A DNA stretch of 64,000 nt from NCBI GenBank assembly GCA_038087875.1, contig CM076001.1, forward strand, positions 1,304,001 through 1,368,000, read 5' to 3'. The stretch comes from Malacoraja senta. Its lineage: Eukaryota. Positions within the stretch are counted from its first letter, which is position 1. Every line of letters starts with the position of its first letter. Positions 12,801-23,265 of the stretch are shown here, piece by piece. The translations under genes were made by a program, and so were the position numbers. The notes beneath the pieces were generated by a model. That model saw nothing but the letters and a program-made list of their open reading frames with translations, searched no databases and was not told the DNA's origin.

Positions 12801-13203
12801 AATACAGAACATTTACTTCCATCAATCTAACCAAAACCTGTTCTACCTTGTTAGCTGAAACTTAAAATTATAATCATGAGGCAATTGGCATCAGAGCAGC
12901 TTGTCTTTTTAAAGATGATCCAAACTAAACAATCTAAACACTCTGCAGCTAGTCCTCAAAGGTAAAACGACAGTAATGTCAAAGGATAGTTTATAATCTT
13001 CCTCTACTCTTTGTTATTACTATAACTCCTATCCATAGCACATACATCAGTTGTCGAATGCTTTAGAAATTGCTATCAATGCCGTATCAATATTCAGAAC
13101 ATTTGTTTGAAGTTGTATTATTTATGTTTCTATTTAATTTGTAGGTTTTATTTATTCAGTACAATTAGATTAGAGATTGTAGCCATTGAATACAGCCAAT
13201 TAC

Positions 13204-13405
13204 CGCATTTCGGAAAGGTCGCATTCCTGGAAATCTTTCTGATTTGTAATTTTCTGTAACTAGAACCCCTTTTTCCCCATTGTTATGAACGTTACTATGG
13301 GATGATCTTTTTTCATATCCTGCAAGTTTATCGTTGATGGCGGAATGACCCACAACCATTATTTTACTGCTGCGGCCAACATCAGACTTGGGTAGACAGG
13401 CATGG
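13204..13405 (-). CDS. Candidate coding exon (202 bp), product unknown
   Basis: Acceptor tgttgtttctttcttttaag, donor GCG|gtaatt; only one frame open (HACLPKSDVG...GMRPFRNA), phase-compatible with exon 13513-13598. Confidence 0.35.
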
Positions 13406-13512
13406 CTTAAAAGAAAGAAACAACACATTTGGTCAATGTTTGCTGTGAGGCATTAAGATTTGGACATGGCATCACTGTGTCGGTTTGGTTGGCATTCACA
13501 GCAGAGTCTCAC

Positions 13513-13598
13513 CTGTGCCAGAGTGCTTCATTGCTGTGTCTCCAGTCTGGGAACATGAGAACAGATATCTCTGAGTGCAGTTCTGCCGTGTTTTTCAT
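13513..13598 (-). CDS. Candidate coding exon (86 bp), product unknown
   Basis: Acceptor tgttttgcag, donor CAG|gtgaga; begins with ATG, reads MKNTAELHSEISVLMFPDWRHSNEALWH, ends in phase 2; other two frames closed. Confidence 0.35.
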
Positions 13599-15264
13599 CT
13601 GCAAAACATTTTCTCTAATGCGCAAGGCTCATAGATTAGGAAAGGGTTCAGGAAGTGGGGATATCACGGAAAGGGATGGGATTCGAGGCTCGTGGGAGAA
13701 TAATGGTGAAGAAGATGTACATGAGGTGATGGATTAAGGCGTGGTGACTGAGTGGAAGTGGAGTAAAGGTCGAAGGGTTACTGTAAGGAGCTGGCCATGG
13801 CTCGCCACAATGCAGCTCATCAGAGAAAATGCCACGCAGATGAAGAGAGCAGCAGAGTATGTCTGTTCAGTGTCGTCGGACTGGAGGGGGCTTGGCAAAG
13901 TTGGACTCGGCTGTGCCACACAACCTAATCAAAGCAGTGGCATTAATCCAAATTTTATTGCCCCACAGTATTGAGTGACAAATAAAAATTGACAAAAATG
14001 TATTGTTCATTTTGTGTTCAGGGTTTATTTTTGTCTTTTGTGTTTTTTGCACATAAATCTCATAAGATCAAATTTTATTCCATATCTTTTTTAGACGTGA
14101 TTTATGAATTCCGTAAGGCAAATTTACGCAACCCGAATGGTCATAACAACAAAGTTACGAGTATCAGGTGCAAATTCCATGATCAATTTTGATACTAATG
14201 CCAACACTCCATCAAAAATATAGATCATATGGTGTGAGAAAGCAGAATACGCTATTTCAAGAGAAATGGTGTACATAGGAGTCTTTTTATAATACTGGAG
14301 AGATTTTGAGGAACAAGATTATTATTTAGGTTTTTACACCATTACACTGTTCTTAACAAAAATCTGCCCATCATGTGAAACCTTACAAATAACAGATATA
14401 AATTAGATAACTTCAAGACCGAAAGTCAAAAACTTTTTTCATAACAGACAAATTTTCATCGTTTAACCACCATTTTGGACACCAATAATGTGACATTATA
14501 AACTCTGACACATTTAGTCATGAATATTTAATTCATAAATAAACTTTATATGGCCCCTCATACATATACATTTTTTTGATAATGATCTAGGGAAATATCT
14601 TCATCAATACCAGGAGAGAAATACAGTAACATGTCTGGTATTCCGCCTAGCAAACATCCCATAACGATCGTTGTGCTTGGTATCCATTGTCACAACGACC
14701 GTTATCAGGGTCGGTACCTCCGTAGGTTAAACCACGGAGGCTCCAAACCTCTAATTAGGTATGTTACAATACTTACCTTCAGCCACGCTGTAATTCTGCC
14801 ACTGGCCGTGTGCGCGATTTTGGCGCCTTTATGGGGGGGGGCGGGGTTAAAACGCGGTTTCTCCTCCCTTGTCCTGAATTATATTTCGTTGGAGTACAAC
14901 CTTTTGCTGAAAAATCGTTCCTAGTGGCGTTTTGTGAATTTTTTATTTTTATTAAATCGTCAATGTCAGCGCTGGAGTAATTTTAAAAGCAGCTCCTGAA
15001 GCGTCAACGCCGATAACGGGGACGGATTTCACACACGGGACAAGTGAACGAAAGTGGTTTCTTTAAATGTATAAAAGTGCTTCTTAAGAAGCCTTTAATT
15101 CACATTTTTTCATGCGAAACGGTGATTTTATTCCCCAAACTAACGGCAGTATTTTTCATGCCAATACGGGGTTAAATTCACCGCAAATGAACGTTCCAAA
15201 AGATCGCGTTCCAGAAATCCTCACTCACAAGATGATTTAAATGCCCATTAATTTACAGGTATTA

Positions 15265-16904
15265 GAAACATAGAAACATAGAAACATAGAAAGTAGGTGC
15301 GAGAGCAGACCACCAGGCCCATCGAGCCCGCACCGCCATTCGCTCATGGCTGAACACTAAACAGACACCCTTACCCACAAACAGTAGACACAAGACACAG
15401 AACACAAGACACTACCCTCCCCTTTATATCGCTATCACCCCTCTCCACCCCAAGAACCGCGTGATCTCCTGGGGGAGGCAAAAAAACGGATAAAAACCCA
15501 GGTCCAATTCGGGGAAAAAATCCGGGAAATTCCTCTCCGACCCCAATCCAGGCGATCGACACTTGTCCAGCCTTTTGGAAGTCCAAGTATACCACATCCA
15601 CCGGTTCCCCTTTATCCACCCGGGTTGTTACTTCCTCAAAGAATTCGAGCAGATTCGTTAAACAGGACTTCCCCTTCACAAAACCATGCTGGTTCTGTCC
15701 GATGAAGTCATGTTCATCCAAGTGCCCCGTTAGTGTTTCTTTAATAATTGTCTCTAACATTTTACCCACCACCGATGTTAGACTAACCGGTCTATAGTTA
15801 CCCGCCTTCTGTTTACTTCCTTTTTTAAATATAGGTGTTACATTGGCCATTTTCCAATCCACTGGGACCGTTCCTGCCTCCAGGGAGTTTTGGAAAATTA
15901 TCACCAATGCATCCACAATCCCCACCGCTATCTCCCTCAAGACCCTTGGATGTAATCCATCAGGCCCAGGGGATTTATCCTCCTTCAGTCTCATTAATTT
16001 CCCTAATACCACCTCCTTGGTGATCTTAATAGTATTTAGCTCCTCCATTCCTACCGCCCCCTGTTTATCCAGCGTTGGAATATTTTTTGTGTCTTCTATG
16101 GTGAAGACTGATACAAAATACTCGTTTAATGCCTTTGCCATTTCCATGTTCCCCACCAACAACTCTCCAGTCTCACCCTCCAATGGACCAACGTTCACCT
16201 TAGCCACCCTTTTTCTTTTTATATAGCTATAAAAACTCTTACTATTAGTTTTTATGTTGTTCGCTAAATTCCTTTCATAGTCTATTTTCCCCGTCTTAAT
16301 TAATCTCTTAGTTATTTTTTGCTGACCTTTAAATGCTTCCCAATCCTCTACCCTCCCACTATCTCTAGCTACCTTATATGCCCTTGCCTTCAGCCGAATA
16401 CTATCCTTTATAGTTTTACTGAGCCATGGCTGACTGTTCTTTCCCTTACCCCTTTTTTTCTTCATAGGAATAAATTTTTCTTGAAGGTTATACAGTAGAT
16501 CCTTAAACGTACACCACTGCTCATGTACCGTCTTATTCTTGAGTCTGCTATCCCAGTCAACTTTGATCAGCTCAGTCCTCATACCTTCATAATCCCCTTT
16601 ATTTAGACTAAGTACCCTAGCCTGAGTTTCAACCTGCTCTCCTTCTATTTGAATATGGAATTCGACCATATTGTGGTCACTTGTTCCCAACGAGTCCCTA
16701 ACTATGACATTTTTAATTAATCCTGCTTCATTACACAGGACCAGATCCAAGATTGCCTCCCTCCTTGTCGGTTCTGTGACATACTGTTCTAGGAACCCGT
16801 CTCTAATACATTCTATAAACTCTTCCTCTAGTCTACCCTGCCCAGTTTGGTTTGCCCAATTAATATGAAAATTGAAGTCCCCCATGATTACAGCAGTTCC
16901 CTTT
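15265..16904 (-). mobile_element. Young 5'-truncated, internally deleted CR1 LINE
   Basis: Stop-free ORF with APE motifs (MGDFN, LDLVL, SDHN), linker KSPGPDG, NYRPVSLTS, QHGF, YLDFQKA; then 3' UTR and (CATAGAAA)n tail on the + strand; host B sequence resumes at 16905. Confidence 0.92.
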
Positions 16905-16912
16905 TTAAACAT
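15371..16912 (-). pseudogene. CR1 ORF2 fragment (endonuclease C-terminus to RT N-terminus), 513-aa open frame
   Basis: ORF track; homology stops at LDFQKA (15570), before the catalytic ADD motif. Confidence 0.88.
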
Positions 16913-18599
16913 TCAATTCCTTCCATTTGGCCTGTAAATTCATGAAAATGAGATTTAAAAATTATGTTATATTGTGAATTATTGTGTGAATGTTATTTGG
17001 ACACTTAGGCTATTTAAAAATGTTAATCTATTCTTAAGAAATTGATAGATGTTTAGATCTAGTAATTGAATTTTGTAATTAGCTACAGTTAGGTAACTAA
17101 CTAATTATATGCTTTACTTTCATGTCTTCTAAGTAAGATTGTTTCATATTTGTTTCAGAATGCTTCAATCTATAATAACTGAAAATGTATTTCCGTTATC
17201 TTAATTTTTAAGAAAGTTATGGGCTTTTAACTGTCCTCGATCACAGCTTTTGTGTTAAGTCAATGGAAAAGCAATAGGGAACAAAATGCTAATTTCCGAG
17301 TATGAAAATGGCCATAACGTCTTTAATACTGAAGATATGAAAGTGAATTAGGTGTCAAATTAAACTTCTTTTTATGCTTTATCTGATGGGATAAATTGCA
17401 GACTTTATTTTTTAAATCTCAAAATTTTGTAACATTGCTACTCTAATACTTTTCAAAATCCCAACGAGGTATCCTATGGCAGTAGCGATTTTTGGGCGAG
17501 TTATTTATTTTTTCTTATTTTCCAATTTAATATATCAAAAACATTGTGGTGTCAAAAACGCAATGACAGTTTACGATATATTTTCCAACTTTTTAAAATT
17601 AATTTTAAAAAAATGTTGGACATAAATTGGTCATCAAAACTAAGAAACTGAGCCGATGTTCAATTTGGCAACACACTGTCTCTTGTTTACCTTTCGTACG
17701 GACCAAGTCGCTAACTTCATTCCTTCGTGTCAACTTCCGGAAGCTCCACAACGACCGTTACGGAGACATTTTACTTACTAAAAAATCATCCCAAATCAAA
17801 ACTTCTGACGAATCATCGGCCATCGATATAGCTGAAATCCATAAGGTAATGTACCGTTTAGATCACATTGGTGAAAATTTTTGTTTTTTGTTAATAATGT
17901 AACATTCGTTTTCTGGGACACCAAACCTTTGAGTGTCCACTGCAACGTACGTTTGTGTGTATGATGTGTAACACCCGTTGCGGTGTCCACTCAGATGGAT
18001 GCAGCAGTATTCAACTACATGATCAGGTGAATGAAGTGGAAACGGTGTTTGCAATTTTATTGTTCCATGTGGTATTCATAAACATAAAAAGAAATAAGAA
18101 ATACGTGCACTTACTGTGCCAACCAGGTCACTGGTGGACACCACGCGACATCCGTTACACAAAATGTATTTGTGTATTCTGATGCCATTTTCGGAAACGC
18201 CATCAATATGCTATTTGAAATTGTACCCCCTTTGTCACATTATTGTGTGCAGTATTGTAAAAGGACACGTATGCAAATGTTAGTTTGCCCAGAGCCTCAC
18301 ATGGAAAGCAGCATGGCGCACTTTATGTCATTTACCATTTATTCCTCACCCTGTTACACGCACAGTGCATTCATCCATACAGAAAAGATGTCAAGAGATA
18401 ATGATGTATTCATGTATTCATGAAATGTGGTTGCAGTCCTACTGTTGCTTAGTAAACAATTTATATTTGTATAGTATTTTTAAAGGAGCATGTCATCCAG
18501 TACATCACAAAAGCATCATCAACAAGATTTGGCAGTGCAATAACAGGAGATACCAGGGGTGAAGACATCTTTGTTTTCAAACATAGGATGATGGCATTA

Positions 18600-18990
18600 C
18601 TTTCAATACATATATTTAATACTCGTCCCTAAATGCCGCAGGAAATTGGTGAGCTTCCTTCTTGAATAATCAGAGTCCACCTTGTGTAGGTGCTTCAACC
18701 AGGAGGAGCTATAAGGAGGAAACGATTTCCTAAAAATACTACTTAATATTGGAAAAGACACGAAATGCTGGGAAAACTCAGTGGGTTAGGAAACACCTCT
18801 GGCTGAGTTAGTCTTTTTCTGTTTAAAGCAACATCTACAGTTCCTTCTAGCTACTTAATATTGGAAATGTTCAAGAGGCCAGAATTAGTGTAGTAAAGAT
18901 GGATCACCATCCAAAACATCACCTATACATGTTCTCCAGAGATGCCGCTTGATGTGCTGAGTTACTCCAGCCCACTTTGTGTCTTTTTTG
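18600..18990. mobile_element. Old LINE 3' tail (same family as 41130-41226) and Penelope pLTR fragments
   Basis: tccctaaatgcc...ggtgagcttccttcttgaa is the reverse complement of the tail at 41130-41180; pLTR pieces at 18755-18850 and 18900-18990. Confidence 0.5.
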
Positions 18991-18994
18991 TAAC

Positions 18995-19570
18995 AAGTAC
19001 AGTCCAAACATGATTTGGGAGGAGTTTAGATGCAATTGGGGGTGTTCCAAATAACACTGAACTTAGAGTGTGTAGATCAATGGAAGCCAGCCCAGGTGCA
19101 TCAGAAGAATCAGGTCTTAAGTCAGCAGGGGCAATGATTAGAGTTTCAGTAGCAGATGATTTAAGCAGGGCATAGTCAGAGTTACATGGGTGTAGATGGC
19201 ATGTATATTTGGCTCAAAGTTCATCTCGGTCTATCTATTACAGTAACTTTAAGAATAGCCTTTTGGCTTCAACCAGCTTCTCGCGATGGAAAAGGAGTTG
19301 ACGGTTATGGAATTGATTTTGGGGGAGACATGAATGGATGTGACTGACCTTCCCAACACTTAGTTGGGAGGAGATTTCTGCCCATCTAGTACTGAATACT
19401 AGACAAGTAAGACAGTTCATTAGCAGTGAAGGTATTGAGCAAGATGATCATGAACCAGAGTAAGATTTTGTAACTGTCATCATGGATAGATGCAGCATGA
19501 ATTGCGATACTATGGACCAGCAGCCCATAGATGAGAAATAACAGATGACCAAGGCTATAGATCCATCGGG
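18995..19570 (-). mobile_element. Old L2-clade LINE RT remnant
   Basis: Decayed similarity by eye to L2 RT on the minus strand (gtcatca ADD-like site near 19476); no intact ORF. Confidence 0.4.
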
Positions 19571-22500
19571 TTGAAATTTGCTCTGCAGCAGATTTGCTCT
19601 GTGTGCAAATTTAAAGAAGATAAAAATAAAAAATAAGCCTCCACAGTAATGTAGGAATCACAACAAAGGCTACCTAATACAGGTTTTACTGGGTAAAGTT
19701 TTGATGAGCTTCATCAGATGGCAATCAGACCAGAAAGTGGATTGCCCTCAACACCGCAGGCTATGGAGAGATAAATCATCCATGCTTCCCACTCCTAGTC
19801 ACTGTCGTGTAACACCTGCTACAGAGTGCATACATGAGGATAATTATCCAACACCTTTGTCTGGGTTCTGATGTGAAGATAACCACTTGGGTGAGATTCT
19901 AGTAAGTTGAGAGCACATGTATAATAATATCTCAACATGAATTGGTGCCTTCAGGGAAAATGAGAAGAGAAAGTATGACGGGGCACAAGGGTTAGAGAAA
20001 GAAAAGTAAATCATACTTGAAAGAGAAAAAAAAAATGAAGCATGTGACAAACTCTGCAGTATGTATGAGCTATGGTCATGCCATGATCTTGTGAAAGTTT
20101 TATATTTATTATCCTGTACTCCCAGCTGATGATACTAAATAGTACAATTTTGTTTTATCAACTTAGGTTAATAATGTCTTTAATTCTGAATATTGGAATC
20201 ATAAATTCATAACTGTATTTTGAGTTATTGTGTGTGTGACTTTTTTTCACGATGTACACAAAGAAAGGAAATATATATATTTTTGTGACAAGGATATCAC
20301 TGTTTAAATGTGCAGGCAGAGTTGCTGCCTTAAAGTCCTCTCCTGGCATTTGTCTTACAGTATCTCCAATATATAGCCATTTGATCTGTGAGTTTCACTG
20401 ATCTCAGTGAGACCTTTTCATCCATTAAGCCATTTATATGGTCAACTAAAAGAACTTACTGATCAAGACTGCTTGCAGCTACATTTTTGAGATATTGCAA
20501 AGCAGTGGAAATACCTGAAAGTTATGTGAACAGAGGAAGGACCGGGAAAGATCCTTAAAATTGATCCTGTTTTCACCCTACTTCTTTCTGTTTGGATGCA
20601 ACAATTTTGCAAAATGATAGCAAGATAAAAATAATTAATTGTCGGTGTCAGGAGGGCAGGAAACTCACATTAGGTTGCTTGGTTCTCCCTCTGTCAACCA
20701 GTCCATTCCACAGGATAAAAACAGGCCGGAGCCAGGGCTTACAAAGTGCACCATGCAATATGGGGTGGAGCAGTCATCAAACCGACACCTGTGGTCACAG
20801 GAGCCATAAAAAGTTTGACATTCTGGGCTCAAGGCTATTGACTGCAGTAAAGTCTACACAATGTGACTTTTGTTAATATAGCAATTAGTGGTAATTATAG
20901 AACAGGAGAGTGTAATTGAGAGGAGATTTCTTCTGAGCCGAAGTTGGACTCTTTTCAGAATGGTAAAACTATTAAAAGGGGTCATGTGTTCGCACCAGTT
21001 TCATGTCATAAATTTGTCAGTTACTGGCACCTTTGTTATATTGCTACCTCATCTCTGGCACTTACTGACAACCTGTCGCACCAAAAAATCATTAGACCGC
21101 TTTTGGATGTTCTACTGACAGGTCCTTTTGTTGTTCAAGTCTCCTAGTTGGGAGGCAGTCTAGAAAGAAGAAAAGGTGTTCTCTGAGGCTGATAGAATGC
21201 CTGCTGTCAGAGCAAATATACTGCAGCTTTTGACCCGATTTTAATCATTACATCAAGAAAATGAAAGGAACTCCCTATAACATTGGCAAACCTATTATTT
21301 TACACACTGAGGTGTAAGATCAGAACTCTGCATCAATGGATAAAGAACTGACATCATACCGCATTCATAGACAGTAAGAAATGCATTTGAATGCAAGGGT
21401 TCTGGCTATTGCATGGAATGTAGTGGAGAGGCGATTTTTCTCCCCTTAATATTATTTTACTAGCATAAATTCGTAATCTTTTATTCACAGAGGGCAGATT
21501 GATTACAATGGTATCAGTGCAAGCCTACCATGCAATTCTTGTAACAAAGGATACTACCCTTAACAACTTACAACATTCTTTAGTTTTGTCTGATTAGTCG
21601 TTTATTTGGCTGTGACGTGAGTCAAATCAGACATGTCATTTGTTTATATTAATACAGATATAATTTTCTTAAATAAACAAATTGACAAAAAAAAGCTTTG
21701 ATTCTTATTGCTTGAGCATCTTCAGTAATCCAAAAAAACAAATGGAAATAACTGGCAAATTGAGAAATAGATGCATTCAGAGGAGAGATTTTAGGAATTG
21801 TACATTTTTTATCACCCTTTAAAATTCAGCACTGAATCAATCGTTCCTAAATAAAATGGACTGTGCTTTTGCAAGTCTGTAATTTGACTGTAACTGTAAT
21901 TTTAGATAGTTATGCTTTCTAACTCATAATAATGTGCGTATTAAAAAATCGTTTTCCCATATCCCTTTCATTAGTAGGTATTAATCAGTGAGTTGGCATC
22001 AAGTTTTTTTAGGATTTGTTTGTGATGCAGTGTTGCCTGTGCTGGAAGTGGTGTTTCACCATTTAAAACAAAATACGGTATTGCTTAAAGTCAAGAAGAT
22101 TTACAATACAGAAACATTGCAGTGACGTAAAGTTTTAGCAGGTTTTGTTACATTTGACAAAATATCAGCCACTCAACCTTCTTGTCCACATTGTTGAGTT
22201 GAGTCTTTCTGCTCTGTTTTGGTTTGCCCATTTGATGCCTTTACCTACGAGGATAATACCTCTTCTCCGTTGAAGTCTTGCAATCGTGTTCAAATACTTG
22301 CAAGCAAAATATTGCTTCGACCAAAGGAATCCTGAAAAATTCCAATTGTGTAATTGTACATTTACACTTTGCTAAATATAATTTATTCAGTGCAACAAAT
22401 TACTGTATTTCATAGAGCAAGTAAAACACTTTGCATATGCCCTTCAGTTTGCTTCCAATAGCAACTTTTAATGCATGTTACCACACCAGAGTTAGCTTTA

Positions 22501-22849
22501 ATGCTTTTATTACTCATTAATCGTTCATAATGTAGCAATGAAGATATGCAGATTTCCTCAGGATTTATTTCATCACACATTTCATTAATTCCTTCCATTT
22601 AAAACTAACATTGATACAGCAGTTTATCAGTGAATTTCTCTGAATGTATGATTTCTCAAGTTAAGTAATGTTAAGTGTAATGTAAAAAAATTAGCAATAA
22701 TGAAACAATTAAGAATTTCTGCAATTAAGAATTTAATTGTTCCGTTTTGGGACATATGACAATTATACTCCTGATATCTGTATTTTCCTGGGTTATGTGA
22801 ATTCCACTTGGAAATTTTCATGGGAGTGCATCATGTATTCACAATAATT

Positions 22850-23135
22850 TTGAACTCAGAAAGGAACTCCAGGCGGTTATGAAGCACCGTGAATGCATGT
22901 GGTTCAAGACCCTGGAGCCCCGACGCTAACGCCACTAAATGGGCAACAGAACAGCAACACTCCTCAATCCAATGGCCAGAGACAACCAGCTATGGAAGCT
23001 GAGGGCACACCTGTCAAGGATAGGCCTAGTCAGCCACATTAGGAAATACAACCTCAGATGAAACATTCCCCTCCAAGTAGGACAGTCAAAGCCACACCAT
23101 CATCTCTTGCAGATGGACAGATGCCAACAAAAACA
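22850..23135 (+). mobile_element. RTE-like LINE 3' end remnant
   Basis: ggcctagtcagccac... and catctcttgcagatggacagatgccaacaa resemble RTE-clade 3' termini. Confidence 0.4.
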
Positions 23136-23265
23136 AAATAAGAAAATTAATGAAGAATTATTCTCAAACTGAAAAATATATGTTCTATATTTTTTTAAAT
23201 ACCTTTACTTCACCTTTAATTGATCCAATTCAAAAGTTATATAGAAACTATATGTACCTGGTATA

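Larger units (their letters stand above)
14756..17440 (-). mobile_element. TIR transposon 'B', copy 2, inserted in A and itself interrupted by a CR1
   Basis: Reverse complement of 6951-7992; duplication ctctaat (14749-14755, 17441-17447); empty site visible in A copy 2 near 26428-26434. Confidence 0.9.
14278..18269 (+). mobile_element. Non-autonomous TA-flanked TIR transposon 'A', copy 1 (Tc1/mariner-like), carrying nested element B
   Basis: ~20-bp TIR consensus CGTGTCTTTTTACAATACTG; TA at 14276-14277 and 18270-18271; body homologous to inverted copy 23266-26991. Confidence 0.8.

Noticed and set aside
13975..14277. Possible further DNA-transposon layer outside element A
   Set aside because: No matching terminus or second copy found in the window.
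15371..16912. 513-aa ORF as a functional or domesticated gene
   Set aside because: Start codon lies in the host transposon; the endonuclease N-terminus and RT catalytic motif are missing. Intactness is explained by youth.
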